Part shown: piece after piece, positions 11,142-23,346 of the stretch
How positions within the stretch are numbered: the first letter of the stretch is position 1
Layout: each line of letters starts with the position of its first letter
From: Roseibium sp.
Lineage (GTDB): Bacteria; Pseudomonadota; Alphaproteobacteria; Rhizobiales; Stappiaceae
Assembly: GCA_050289605.1 (NCBI GenBank)
Contig: JBNKGB010000006.1
Location: 9,167 to 73,166 of the forward strand
Direction of reading: 5' to 3'
Length of the DNA: 64,000 bases
The notes under the pieces: model-generated
Told to the model about the DNA's origin: nothing
The model's input: the letters and a program-made list of their open reading frames with translations, nothing else
The model's database searches: none
Translations under genes and position numbers: made by a program

Positions 11142-12023
11142 ATGAACTGGGACGACATCCGCATCTTCCTCGCCATTGCCCGCACGGGGCAGATCCTTGC
11201 CGCTGCCCGGCGCCTGTCGGTGAACCATGCCACGGTCGCGCGACGGCTGACGGCCCTGGAAGAAAGCCTTGGCAAGCGTCTGTTCGACCGGTCCACCTCC
11301 GGCTGCGTCCTGACGGAACACGGTAGCCGCTTTTTCGAGCGAGCGGAACGCATGGAAGCGGAAGCGGTTGCAGCGGAGGCGGATCTTGGCGGCGACACGC
11401 CGGGTATCTCCGGAACGGTTCGCATCGGTGCGCCGGATGGATTCGGCGTTGCCTATCTCGCCCCGCGTCTTGGCAAGCTCAGGGAAATGCACCCCGGCCT
11501 GACGGTCCAGCTCGTTCCGGTGCCCCGCTCCTTCTCGCTCTCGCGGAGGGAGGCCGATATTGCGGTCACCATCGACCGGCCGGAAACCGGCCGCCTGGTT
11601 GCCGGCAAGCTGGTCGATTATGCCCTGGGTCTCTACGCCTCCCGCTCTTATCTGGAACGTCGCGGCACGCCGGCCTCGCCAAACGATTTAAGCGCACACG
11701 ACCTTATCGGCTACGTGGAAGATCTTCTTTATTCGCCGTCCCTCAACTACGGCTCGGAAATCGCCGACGACTGGACCGCCCGGTTCGAGATCGCCTCGGC
11801 CCTGGGCCAGACCGAAGCCGTGCGCTCGGGCGCGGGCATTGGCATCCTGCACGATTTCATAGCGCGCGAGGATCCGCAATTCATCCCCGTCCTGCCGGAC
11901 ACAAAGTTGCGCCGCGCCTACTGGATGGTAACCCACGAAAGCTCCCGCCCCCTGCGCCACGTTGCGGCCGCGCAGGATTTCCTGCGCGATCAAGTCGCGC
12001 GCGACAAAGCGATTTTTGGCTAA
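11142..12023 (+). CDS. LysR-family regulator divergent from mmsA
   Basis: MNWDDIRIFLAIARTG...NHATVARRL HTH plus LysR substrate domain. Confidence 0.93.
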   Translation: MNWDDIRIFLAIARTGQILAAARRLSVNHATVARRLTALEESLGKRLFDRSTSGCVLTEHGSRFFERAERMEAEAVAAEADLGGDTPGISGTVRIGAPDGFGVAYLAPRLGKLREMHPGLTVQLVPVPRSFSLSRREADIAVTIDRPETGRLVAGKLVDYALGLYASRSYLERRGTPASPNDLSAHDLIGYVEDLLYSPSLNYGSEIADDWTARFEIASALGQTEAVRSGAGIGILHDFIAREDPQFIPVLPDTKLRRAYWMVTHESSRPLRHVAAAQDFLRDQVARDKAIFG

Positions 12024-12066
12024 CTTCGACCGTCGTGCCGCAACTTCAATCCCGGTTGCTCACCGT

Positions 12067-12672
12067 CTACCGCCAGTTCTGCGTTGCAGAGATCCACTCC
12101 CGCGTCCGCGCTTCCGGATCGGCATTGCGCGTAATATCGGTCACCACCGCAGCGCTGTCGGCACCGTTTTCAAAGACCCCTGGAAGCCGCTCCGGATTGA
12201 GGCCGCCGATGGCGACCAGCGGCAGCCCGCCGATTTGCCGTTTCCATCTGCCTATCTTCTCGACGCCCTGCGGCGCCCATTTCATCTTCTTCAGGATGGT
12301 CGGGTAGACAGGTCCGAGCGCGACATAATCGGGCTCGACGGAAAGCGCCGTTTCCAGTTCTTCGCCGTCATGGGTGGACACGCCGAGCTTCAGACTTGCC
12401 TTTCGAATGGCGGGAACATCCGCTTCGGCCAGATCCTCCTGTCCGAGATGGACGAAGTCGCAACCTTCCTCGATGGCAAGTTGCCAGTAGTCATTGATGA
12501 TCAGCTGGCAGCCATGGTCCGCGCAGATCTTCCTGGACGCAACGATCTCCCTGCGGAGCCCGGCTTCGTCCATGTCCTTGATGCGCAGTTGCACCAGCCT
12601 GACGCCGAGCGGGACGAGCCGCGCGATCCAGTCGGAACTGTCGACGATGAGATAGAAGGGATCGAGTTTCAT
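12067..12672 (-). CDS. thiE: thiamine-phosphate synthase
   Basis: VQLRIK, IINDYW, VHLGQED, GVSTH and VAIGG motifs. Confidence 0.93.
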   Translation of the reverse strand: MKLDPFYLIVDSSDWIARLVPLGVRLVQLRIKDMDEAGLRREIVASRKICADHGCQLIINDYWQLAIEEGCDFVHLGQEDLAEADVPAIRKASLKLGVSTHDGEELETALSVEPDYVALGPVYPTILKKMKWAPQGVEKIGRWKRQIGGLPLVAIGGLNPERLPGVFENGADSAAVVTDITRNADPEARTREWISATQNWR

Positions 12673-13442
12673 TCAAATACTGCCATGCCGATAACCGGGG
12701 TTGAGGGAACCGCCATGTCGCGGGGTTCTAGCGGAGTTGCTTCGAAAGCCTGACGTCCGGCTTCGATGGCTTTTGCGAAGGCGGTTGCCATCGCCACCGG
12801 ATCGCCTGCCCTGGCAACCGCGGTGTTCAGGAGCACTGCGTCGAAACCGAGTTCCAGAACCTCAGCCGCATGCGACGGCCGGCCGAGCCCTGCGTCGACG
12901 ACAAGCGGGATGTCCGGAAAATGCGCCCGGTAGGCGCGCAATGCATCCGGGTCAACCGGGCCTTTGGCCGAGCCGATCGGTGCGCACCAGGGCATCAGCA
13001 CCTGGCAGCCGGCCTCCAGCAGCCTTTCGCCGACGATGATGTCGTCGGTCGTATAGGGAAACACCTTGAACCCATCTTCGCTCAGGATGCGCGCGGCATC
13101 GACGAGTGCGAAGACGTCGGGCTGTAGACTGTCGTGGTGGCCGATCACCTCCAGCTTGATCCAGTCGGTCCTGAACAGGTCCCGCGCCAATCTTGCCGTG
13201 GTGACAGCCTCTTTCACCGAATGACATCCGGCCGTATTCGGCAACACGCGGACGTCAAGCTCCCGGATCAGATCCCAGAATTTTCCGCCACCGCCACTGC
13301 CCGCCGTTTCCCGCCGCAGCGACACGGTCAGGATCTCCGCGCCCGAGGCCCTGACCGCTTCCGCCAGCACCTTGGGCGAAGGATATTGCGCAGTGCCGAG
13401 AAGGAAGCGGGACGAAATACCTTGACCGTAAAACTCGAGCAC
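12669..13442 (-). CDS. thiG: thiazole synthase
   Basis: [22 protein letters not shown] and VLLNTA motifs; GTG start at 13442. Confidence 0.94.
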   Translation of the reverse strand: MLEFYGQGISSRFLLGTAQYPSPKVLAEAVRASGAEILTVSLRRETAGSGGGGKFWDLIRELDVRVLPNTAGCHSVKEAVTTARLARDLFRTDWIKLEVIGHHDSLQPDVFALVDAARILSEDGFKVFPYTTDDIIVGERLLEAGCQVLMPWCAPIGSAKGPVDPDALRAYRAHFPDIPLVVDAGLGRPSHAAEVLELGFDAVLLNTAVARAGDPVAMATAFAKAIEAGRQAFEATPLEPRDMAVPSTPVIGMAVFE

Positions 13443-13446
13443 GCCG

Positions 13447-13644
13447 TTACCCTCCCTGCATCGGCGACAGAATCTCGATCCGGTCACCGTCTTCAAGGCC
13501 GCACACCGCCCGGTCCTCCGCAGCAACAAGATCGCTGTTGCGGGCGGTGGCCAGAAACTCGTGCTCATATTCCAGCTCGTCGAGCAATGCGGCCAAGGTC
13601 GTGCTGGCGACCTCACGGGCCTCGCCGTTAATGATGAGCTTCAA
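13447..13644 (-). CDS. thiS: sulfur carrier protein ThiS
   Basis: 65 aa, IINGE start, C-terminal QGG. Confidence 0.93.
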   Translation of the reverse strand: MKLIINGEAREVASTTLAALLDELEYEHEFLATARNSDLVAAEDRAVCGLEDGDRIEILSPMQGG

Positions 13645-14605
13645 GGGTGGTCTCCTTCGAAACGGGAATGATCATGTCGGCGGCGTCCTCTGCAAAATGT
13701 GGCGAGAGCAGGAAGCCGTGCCGGTAGAAGCCGTTGAGCGTGAGGACCCGCCCGTGCAGTCTGGCGCGCGGAAGATTGTCGAAATAGGCAGGCCGCACGC
13801 CGGTTCCGGTCTCGATAATCTTGGCTTCGGCAAAAGCGGGATGCAGGCTGTAGACGGCGTTCAAAAGTTCCATGGTGGACCGGACGCTGACCGGACCGTC
13901 GTCCTCGCTTTCGATCATCGTCGCCCCCACCATGAACTTCCTGTCCTCGCGCGGTACGACATAGACCGGAATACGCGGATGCAGCATGCGGATCGGGCGG
14001 GACAGGGTGACGTCCGGCGCCTGCAGGATCAGCATTTCTCCCCGCACGCCCCGCAGCTCCGGGTCCTTCGCCGCATAGCCTGTGCAATCCGCGGTGAAAT
14101 CCGCGTCAAAGGCGGCGGCTTCGGCCTCAAAGACGAAGCGGACGCCCTGATCCGTCAGGGTCGACCTGAGACCTGTCAGCGCCTTCCGCGGATCCAGATG
14201 CGCTTCCTGTGAAAAGAAGAGCGCCTTTGAAAACCGCCCCACCAGATCCGGTTCCAGCTCCGCGATCCGAGGCCCGGTCAACCAGTCGTAACCGCTGGTT
14301 CTGGCGGCAAACCGCCCAAGTTCCGATTGATCGCGCGGTGGAGCGACGACGAGCGTGCCGTTCCTTGTCACGTGACCCGGCAGAGCGTCGGACCACCAGT
14401 CAACGCATTTCCGGCCATGGGTGAGCACCGCCTCTTCCGCGTTTTCGCGCTCGCACCACGGCGCCAGCATGCCGCCTGCCAGCCACGAGGCGCTGCCGCC
14501 GAGGTCGCGTTTTTTCTCCACGACGGTGACTTCCGCGCCCCGCCTGCACAGGGCAAGGGCCAGGGTCAGGCCTGCCACGCCCGCGCCTTTGACGAGGACT
14601 CTCAT
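13628..14605 (-). CDS. thiO: glycine oxidase ThiO
   Basis: GAGVAG FAD motif, [20 protein letters not shown]. Confidence 0.93.
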   Translation of the reverse strand: MRVLVKGAGVAGLTLALALCRRGAEVTVVEKKRDLGGSASWLAGGMLAPWCERENAEEAVLTHGRKCVDWWSDALPGHVTRNGTLVVAPPRDQSELGRFAARTSGYDWLTGPRIAELEPDLVGRFSKALFFSQEAHLDPRKALTGLRSTLTDQGVRFVFEAEAAAFDADFTADCTGYAAKDPELRGVRGEMLILQAPDVTLSRPIRMLHPRIPVYVVPREDRKFMVGATMIESEDDGPVSVRSTMELLNAVYSLHPAFAEAKIIETGTGVRPAYFDNLPRARLHGRVLTLNGFYRHGFLLSPHFAEDAADMIIPVSKETTLEAHH

Positions 14606-14794
14606 GCCCTTCGTTCCAGCCGGGTGGTGTCCGCACGGCGTGTCGCGACCCCTGCCCGGACCATCGTCTGAAAACAAGGCAGTTCCGGCACTCGAATTTC
14701 TCCCGCAAGGCAAACGAGCCTCGCCGCATTCGGTCACTGTGCCGGGGAAGGAGCTTCCTGCGCGTGCCCTTCGGAGCATGAGCGCAGGTGCGAA

Positions 14795-14905
14795 CACCGT
14801 CCCTTCGCCAGCATGACCTGGATCAGGTTCATCGGGTCCCTGCACTGCACGTCTTTCGGCGCGCCCAGCAGTATCTCAGCCCCTTGTCGGGACACCCCGG
14901 GTGAA
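14795..14905 (-). ncRNA. TPP riboswitch
   Basis: Minus strand reads GGGG..CTGAGA...GACCCGATGAACCTGATCCAGGTCATGCTGGCGAAGGGA, upstream of the thi operon. Confidence 0.93.
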
Positions 14906-15106
14906 TGCCGTTTATTGCAGCCCGTTCGGATGTCTTGTCAAGGGTTCAGAAGGGTCGCAGGATCAGCAAGCGCTCCTGCCCCCGTGGCCAAAGGGGGCGG
15001 GTGCCAGTCCCGACATCCAGATGGAAACAGACTGTTCAATGGACACTTTCCACCTCCTCTCCCTATCTAACCTTTCAAGAAACCCGATTGTTTCAAGGAG
15101 AGCCCG

Positions 15107-16042
15107 ATGAGCTGGTTGAATTGCCCTGACCCTATTGCGGGAAACGCCGCAAGCTGCGATCCGATCGACACGATCATCGTCCCGCGCACCTCGGATCTTG
15201 GCGGGTTTTCCGTACGGCGCGCGCTGCCTTCGGCCCGCCGCCGCATGGTTGGCCCCTTCATCTTTTTCGATCAGATGGGACCCGCCGAGTTGCTGGTGGG
15301 CGGCGGTATCGACGTGCGCCCGCATCCGCACATCGGTCTTGCGACTGTTACCTATCTTTTCGAGGGCGAGCTGTATCACCGCGACAGCCTGGGGACGGAG
15401 ATCGCCATCGCCCCCGGCGCGTTGAACTGGATGAGCGCCGGAAAGGGCATCGTACACTCGGAGCGCGAGCGGCCCGAACGCAAGCTTGAAAAACGGCCGC
15501 TGTTCGGCCTGCAAAGCTGGGTTGCGCTGCCGCAGCATCTGGAAGAATGCGATCCGGGCTTCCAGCATTTCGGGACCGAGAAACAACCGGAATTCGCCGA
15601 CAACGGTGCCACGGTGAAGCTGATTGCCGGCGAACTTTACGGACACAAGGCACCGGTCGAGACTGCGTCCGAGTTGTTCTACGCCGATATTTCGCTGGCA
15701 CCGGGCGCCAAAATCCCGCTGGACGCAGGCTGGGAAGAGCGCGGTCTCTACACGGTATCCGGCCAGATCAGCATTGCCGGGCAAAGCTTCGATCCGGCTC
15801 AGCTTCTCGTGTTCAAACCGGGCGACCATCTGGTGATCGAGAACAACACCCCTGCCCCAGCCCGCTTCGTGGTGCTTGGCGGCGAGCCCATGGAGGGACG
15901 GCGCTACATCTGGTGGAACTTCGTGTCCTCGTCCAAGGAACGCATCGAGCAGGCCAAGGAAGACTGGCGCCAGGGCCGTTTCGACACTGTTCCGGGCGAT
16001 GCGGAAGAATTCATTCCCCTGCCCGACCGGTCCGGCCCGTAA
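15107..16042 (+). CDS. pirin family protein
   Basis: GPFIFFDQMG, HPHIGLATVTY and GIVHSE motifs. Confidence 0.93.
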   Translation: MSWLNCPDPIAGNAASCDPIDTIIVPRTSDLGGFSVRRALPSARRRMVGPFIFFDQMGPAELLVGGGIDVRPHPHIGLATVTYLFEGELYHRDSLGTEIAIAPGALNWMSAGKGIVHSERERPERKLEKRPLFGLQSWVALPQHLEECDPGFQHFGTEKQPEFADNGATVKLIAGELYGHKAPVETASELFYADISLAPGAKIPLDAGWEERGLYTVSGQISIAGQSFDPAQLLVFKPGDHLVIENNTPAPARFVVLGGEPMEGRRYIWWNFVSSSKERIEQAKEDWRQGRFDTVPGDAEEFIPLPDRSGP

Positions 16043-16266
16043 CACGGCCGCCGCATCAGAGCGGAAATGGCCGAGCGCCCCAAACACGGCCTTGCGCGAA
16101 CCTGAAGTACATGCAGGTTCCGTGCAGGGCCGTTTCACCTGACCGGACTGCCGGGCACCGGATTCTCAATCCCGTGGCTTGAAAAGGTGGACGGATCGTT
16201 GTCATTTAGGCGCAATTCCGGCAACCCATGTTCCGGACGCCGCCCACAAGACATTCGAAAGCCACA

Positions 16267-16983
16267 ATGCCTGCGACGACGCCCTTTCCTGAAGACAGCA
16301 CAGCCCTGCGGCTGGAAATCATCGAGACCGCACGAGCCCTTCCCCGGCTCGGCCTGACCAAAGGCACGTCCGGCAATGTAAGCGCGCGGACGAACTCCGG
16401 TTTCCTGATAACTCCGTCGGGCACCCCCTACGAGGATCTGGAGGCGGACAGAATCGTTGCTCTCGATTTCGAGGGACGTTATCGGGGCGACATCCTGCCC
16501 TCATCGGAATGGCGCATGCATCTTGATTTCTATCTGGCAAAGCCGGGCTGCGGCGCAGTCGTCCACTGCCACAGCCCGCGGGCGACGGCACTTTCCTGCC
16601 ACCGGCGCGGCATACCGGCCTTCCACTACATGGTGGCACTAGCCGGCGGTGACAGGATCGACTGCGCGGATTATGCCAGTTTCGGCACCAGGGCCCTGTC
16701 AGAGGCCATGATCAAGGGACTTGGAGAGCGCAACGCCTGCCTTCTGGCCAACCACGGCCAGATCGCCGGTGGGCCGACGCTGAAGAAAGCGCTCTCTGTC
16801 GCCGAAGGGGTCGAAGATCTCGCGGACCAATATCTCTCGGCTCTGGTTCTCGGTGAGCCGGTTATTCTGGACGCGAAGGAAATGTCTGGCATCCTGAAGA
16901 AATTCCAGACTTACGGAAAGCAGGCGGGTGAACTGGAAGACGGTCAGTCGGCCGCCTTCGAATTGCCGGTAAGGGTGGACTGA
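16267..16983 (+). CDS. class II aldolase (FucA-like)
   Basis: GTSGNVS, ITPSG, PSSEWRMH, VVHCHS and LLANHG motifs. Confidence 0.9.
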   Translation: MPATTPFPEDSTALRLEIIETARALPRLGLTKGTSGNVSARTNSGFLITPSGTPYEDLEADRIVALDFEGRYRGDILPSSEWRMHLDFYLAKPGCGAVVHCHSPRATALSCHRRGIPAFHYMVALAGGDRIDCADYASFGTRALSEAMIKGLGERNACLLANHGQIAGGPTLKKALSVAEGVEDLADQYLSALVLGEPVILDAKEMSGILKKFQTYGKQAGELEDGQSAAFELPVRVD

Positions 16984-16984
16984 C

Positions 16985-17878
16985 ATGCGGCTTGGAATTG
17001 ACTGGGGCGGAACCAAGATCGAAATCATCGCGCTGTCCGATGACGGCAAGGAACTGTTCCGGCAGCGCACGGACACACCCAAAAACGATTACCGGGGCTG
17101 CCTGGCGGCGGTCAAGGCGCTTGTCGATGCCGCCGAACGGGAAACCGGAAAGACCGGAACTGTGGGCCTCGGAATACCTGGGTCGCTGTCTCCGAAGACC
17201 GGCCTCGTCAAGAACGCGAATTCGACCTGGATGAACGGCATGCCGCTGGACAAGGATCTGGAAGAGATCCTCGGCCGTCCGGTCCGCATCCAGAACGACG
17301 CCAACTGCCTCGCCGTGTCGGAAGCAACCGACGGAGCGGGCGCCGGGGCGCATGTCGTGCATGCGATCATCATCGGAACCGGAAGCGGCTCGGGCATCGC
17401 CATCGACGCGAAGGCGCATCTGGGCGCCAACGGCATCGCCGGTGAATGGGGAGGCATTCCGGTGCCCTGGCTGAAACCTGAGGAATATCCGGGACCGGAC
17501 AGCTGGATCGGGCACAAGGGGGTGATCGATCGCTGGTGCTCGGGCACCGGCTTTCAGCTCGACTACAAGGACCGTACGGGAACGCTGCTGAAGGGCCAGG
17601 AGATCATGGCGCTGAAGCGGTCCGGCGACCGGACAGCCGGCGAGGTTTACGAAGCTTATGTCAGCCGCCTTGGCCGGGCTCTTGCCATGTCGGCAAACCT
17701 GCTCGATCCGGACGTCTTCGTGCTCGGCGGCGGCATGTCGAATATCGAAGAGCTTTATGACGACCTGCCGGCTGCGATGGCGCCCTACATCTTTTCCGAC
17801 ACCTACGACACGCCGATCAGAAAGGCCGCCCATGGCGACAGTTCCGGCGTGCGCGGCGCGGCGTGGCTGTGGGGCTAG
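16985..17878 (+). CDS. ROK-family sugar kinase (Mak/fructokinase-like)
   Basis: GIDWGGTKIE, NDANC, AGEWG and GDSSGVRGAAWLW motifs. Confidence 0.9.
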   Translation: MRLGIDWGGTKIEIIALSDDGKELFRQRTDTPKNDYRGCLAAVKALVDAAERETGKTGTVGLGIPGSLSPKTGLVKNANSTWMNGMPLDKDLEEILGRPVRIQNDANCLAVSEATDGAGAGAHVVHAIIIGTGSGSGIAIDAKAHLGANGIAGEWGGIPVPWLKPEEYPGPDSWIGHKGVIDRWCSGTGFQLDYKDRTGTLLKGQEIMALKRSGDRTAGEVYEAYVSRLGRALAMSANLLDPDVFVLGGGMSNIEELYDDLPAAMAPYIFSDTYDTPIRKAAHGDSSGVRGAAWLWG

Positions 17879-17953
17879 GCAACCGGGAGCATGCCCCCCG
17901 GAAGCCTGGGCGCATCCGGGGTTTCGGCAATCCTTCCTGCTCGGGGCAGCTGA

Positions 17954-18937
17954 TCAAGCTGATCTGCGTCCAAGCGTCACCAGCACGATGCCGGCACCTA
18001 CGGCAACGACCGCAGCAAGCTTTGCCGCATTCGGTTCTTCACCGAAGACGAGATAACCAAGCCCGAGACCGATGACGGCGGCCACGGATCCGATCTGGCT
18101 GAGGTAGACGGGGCCGGCGGTCTGCTGCAAGCGGAAATAAAGGCCGTATTGAAGCGCAAAGATCGCAATCTGCGCACCTAGCAGCCCGGTCGCCTCCGGC
18201 GTCCATGCCGCGGGTGCAACGGGTACGCCGACAGCCGCGGTGAAGACCGAGAGCGCCAGGAACCCGACCGCCATCATGCCGAGAGCAAGATCAATGGGCC
18301 GAGCCCCTTTGGGCCAGTGCATTGACCTGAAGATATTTCCCGTGGCCAGAAACAGGGGAATGGTCAGGGCGAACAAGGACCACCAGGACGCGTCTACAGA
18401 CATTTCGGCGCCCGAGATCGCCAGGAGGACGCCGCCAAGCAGCCCGAACAGAACACCGGCTCCCATAAGTAGCCTGAACCGTTCCAGCCGCAGCACCACG
18501 GCAAGCGCATAGGTCAGAACCAGGGGAAAGGCGTAGCTCAGCGAAATGAACCCGGCTCCGACCTTCGAGGCGGCGACCACCGCGATCATGTTGGGTGCAA
18601 TGAACAGGAGACCGCTGAAGACGAGGTGGGTAACGAGTTTCCGGCGCCCTCCCTCCACGACCGGCCTGTCCTGCCTGTTGGCGCCCGCCGACAGCAGGCG
18701 CGAGAGTGCAAAAAGTCCGGCAGCACCGCCCAGTATCGACCACTGCAACAGGGCGAGCGGGTGCCATCCGAAGATGGGTGCCGCTTTTGCGATGACAGTC
18801 GAGACGGCCAGCAAGCCGCCGACGATGAAAAGCAACGCCAGGGGCTGCTCGAGAAAACCTGTCCGGGCGGAGTTCGCCCCTTTTTCTTCGGAGCTCTCCG
18901 CGGTCCCGTTTCTGGCCGAACTGATGGCATGCGACAT
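17954..18937 (-). CDS. DMT/EamA-family transporter
   Basis: About ten hydrophobic segments; GPVYLSQIG...FGE C-terminal repeat pattern. Confidence 0.85.
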   Translation of the reverse strand: MSHAISSARNGTAESSEEKGANSARTGFLEQPLALLFIVGGLLAVSTVIAKAAPIFGWHPLALLQWSILGGAAGLFALSRLLSAGANRQDRPVVEGGRRKLVTHLVFSGLLFIAPNMIAVVAASKVGAGFISLSYAFPLVLTYALAVVLRLERFRLLMGAGVLFGLLGGVLLAISGAEMSVDASWWSLFALTIPLFLATGNIFRSMHWPKGARPIDLALGMMAVGFLALSVFTAAVGVPVAPAAWTPEATGLLGAQIAIFALQYGLYFRLQQTAGPVYLSQIGSVAAVIGLGLGYLVFGEEPNAAKLAAVVAVGAGIVLVTLGRRSA

Positions 18938-19006
18938 GGATCTCCCCTTTCAATCCTGAGGCGACCGCACCGCGCTTCGCCAATGAAATCAGAGATAGCA
19001 TTTTTT

Positions 19007-19037
19007 ATCTTTCTTTCAAGATTCTTTATTTCAAGAT
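19007..19037. promoter_or_regulatory. tandem palindromic operator, probably bound by the adjacent MarR protein
   Basis: Two adjacent 15-mers TCTTTCTTTCAAGAT and TCTTTATTTCAAGAT, each with a TCTT-N6-AAGA palindrome, in the divergent promoter region. Confidence 0.55.
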
Positions 19038-19180
19038 TCTTGACGGATATTGACTTGACCGGCGAAATGCTTGAGGATTCAGAACGCTTTGGCTGAAAAT
19101 GCGGAACAAATTCTGAGCTTTGCCCGGTTCGCCCTTCCCCGGAAGAAACCTGGCAAAGCGAAACATTCGAGATCTATGCA

Positions 19181-19759
19181 ATGAGCAAACAATCCGGCGG
19201 CACCGGCAAGGACGCGACCCATCTCTTCGGCGACCCGGAGGACCTGCTGACCGACCGGGCGGAACGCGCCTGCCGGCAGTGGCAAAAGGAAATGCCCGAG
19301 TTCAGGGAACGGCTTTTGCCCATGGTCCTGCTGGGACGGCTCAATGAAGCCTCACAGATCCTCAGCCGCGACTTCCTGACCCCGTCCTATGCGGATATCG
19401 GCTTGAAGATCGGGGAGTTCGACGTGCTGGCAACACTGGTGAGGTCTGGCCCGCCCTACAAGCTGACCCCGACAGAGCTCTACCGGACCACCATGATGAG
19501 TTCCGGAGGCATGACGGCGCGCCTGGACAAGCTCGAAAAGGCGGGCTACGTCGAACGCTGCCCGCATCCGGACGACCGGCGAGCCCTGACAGTGTGCCTG
19601 ACGCAAAAGGGGCTCGACCTGATCAAACGGAAGATGCCGGACTACATCGACACCCAGCACAGGGCCGTCGAGGGACTTTCGGAAAAAGAACAGGAAACCC
19701 TTTCCGGTCTTCTGGAAAAGCTCCTGCGTTCGGTGAACGATCCACTTTCGGGACGCTGA
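19181..19759 (+). CDS. MarR-family regulator (PecS/UrtR-like)
   Basis: N-terminal QW helix, EFDVLATLVR, GGMTARLDKLE and DDRR motifs. Confidence 0.9.
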   Translation: MSKQSGGTGKDATHLFGDPEDLLTDRAERACRQWQKEMPEFRERLLPMVLLGRLNEASQILSRDFLTPSYADIGLKIGEFDVLATLVRSGPPYKLTPTELYRTTMMSSGGMTARLDKLEKAGYVERCPHPDDRRALTVCLTQKGLDLIKRKMPDYIDTQHRAVEGLSEKEQETLSGLLEKLLRSVNDPLSGR

Positions 19760-19817
19760 ACCATCCGGTCTGTCCGCATTTGCCCCGGCCGGGGTCCGTG
19801 CGTGCCGGGACCCCGCT

Positions 19818-20684
19818 TCAGCCACCCGTTTCCCTGAGACCTGCCTCCAACGCATCCCACTGACTGCGCGAGACCGCTTCCTTGGACGCAAGCAGCCAGT
19901 AGGTCTGGTGATGCGGCAGGCTCTCCTCCGAAACCCGTTGCACGCGGTCTCCCTCCAGATCGTCACGGCACAGAGGCAGCGAGGCCAGCAGAACGCCCTG
20001 CCCGGCACGCGCTGCCGACAGCGCCGGCGCGAACGTGTCGAAACGCAGCCTTGGCAAGGGGGTGGTCGGAATGCCGAACCGGGCGCCCCATTCGCTCCAG
20101 CCCGGGCGCGGGCCGGACAATGCGATGCGCGGCAGGTCCGTCCAGGGCTGTCCGGATTTCAACAACCCGGGCGCAGCGACGGGCGCGATCAATTCGCCAT
20201 AGAGCGGCGATTTGTAGGCAACCGGCCAGTCTCCGGCGCCATAGCGTATCCGCACCGCGTCGTCCTCCTGCGGCGTGTCTGCGCTCAGGACCATGGTCCG
20301 GAAGGAAAGCTGCGCGTCGATACGGGAAGTCAGTTCCGACAGTCGTGGCAGGATCCAGAGATCGATGATCGAGGAACTTGCGGAGACCGTCAGCCGCTTC
20401 CGCGCGACACCGAACAGGCCCTCCGAACTTGCCCTGAGGCTTTCGAAGGCCGCCCGGACATGCGGCAGCCACGCCTCCCCCTCGACCGTCAGCGCGATGC
20501 TGCGTGCCTGGCGCAGGAACAGGCGCGTTCCAAGCCGCTTTTCCAGCTTGTCGATCCGTTGGCTCACGGCCGACTGGGTCACGCCGGTTTCATCGGCGGC
20601 TGCGGTAAAACTGCCGCAACGGGCCGCCGCCTCGAACGCCCGGATCCATTCGAGCGGCAGATTGTCGAACCGAGATCCATCCAT
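19818..20684 (-). CDS. LysR-family regulator (GcvA-like) divergent from tmpAB
   Basis: PLEWIRAFEAAAR.GSFTAAA..TQSAVSQRI HTH; IRYG.GDW. Confidence 0.92.
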   Translation of the reverse strand: MDGSRFDNLPLEWIRAFEAAARCGSFTAAADETGVTQSAVSQRIDKLEKRLGTRLFLRQARSIALTVEGEAWLPHVRAAFESLRASSEGLFGVARKRLTVSASSSIIDLWILPRLSELTSRIDAQLSFRTMVLSADTPQEDDAVRIRYGAGDWPVAYKSPLYGELIAPVAAPGLLKSGQPWTDLPRIALSGPRPGWSEWGARFGIPTTPLPRLRFDTFAPALSAARAGQGVLLASLPLCRDDLEGDRVQRVSEESLPHHQTYWLLASKEAVSRSQWDALEAGLRETGG

Positions 20685-20718
20685 TACCAAAACACCGTCT
20701 CAGGCCGCGATTTCCTAA

Positions 20719-22510
<1,792 letters not shown>

Positions 22511-22514
<4 letters not shown>

Positions 22515-23179
22515 ACGCCCCTCAATATATCTTCGAAGCCAGCACCAAGCCCTCCCTGCCCTGGCATGAAGTTCCGCTGATCCGGGCGACCGAGGAGACG
22601 GTCAAGGGTTATGGCTGCCTGGTGGACGACCCTGAAAATTTCCGGATCGAAATCACCCGCTGGCCCCAGCAGGGCTGGCGGCCAATCGACGAGGGAACGG
22701 GAGACGAAGGCGGCTGGGTCGAGGGTGTCTTCAAGGGAACATGGCAGGGCGATGTACTCTACGGCGAAAACGAAGCGGTCAACGGCCATTACGTGCTGGG
22801 CTGGTCCACCGACCCGCAGCAGGCGCACACCGACCGTCAGACCGCCCCGCGCGACCGGGTGCTGCTGTGGCACATGAACTACCATCCCGACGGCGGCCAG
22901 CTGTTTTACCCGCTCGACAAGTGTCCCTTCATCGTGCCGGTGGCTCTGCCCGGCGACAATCTGACGCCCGAAAAAGTGGTCGCCTTCTGGTGCGCCGGAG
23001 ACCGCGGCCTCTATATCCACGCGGGCATCTGGCACGAAGGCATTTTTCCGGTGGAAGACGAGCAGCGTTTCCTCGACCGCCAGGGTGCCGTCCATGCACG
23101 GGTAAGCGCCGATATCGGCAAGGAATTCGGCGTCTACCTTGCCTGTCCGCTGAACGCGGACAAGATCAGGGACATATAG
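22511..23179 (+). CDS. cupin protein, ureidoglycolate lyase (AllA)-like
   Basis: TTG start overlaps the tmpB stop (TTGA) after a GGAGG; NYHPDGGQLF and GLYIHAGIWH motifs. Confidence 0.7.
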
Positions 23180-23346
23180 AGCCAGGACGGGCGCGGCCGA
23201 GCGCAAGTTGAACGACCGCACCGTCACCGCGAGAAAACAATTTTCTGCTACCCAATGGCGCAGTAGCCGGACTGCAATTGCAATCACTGCCGCAATAGCC
23301 GATCTTCCGTGGCAAGACCACTTGCCGAACAAACGGACGACGCATC

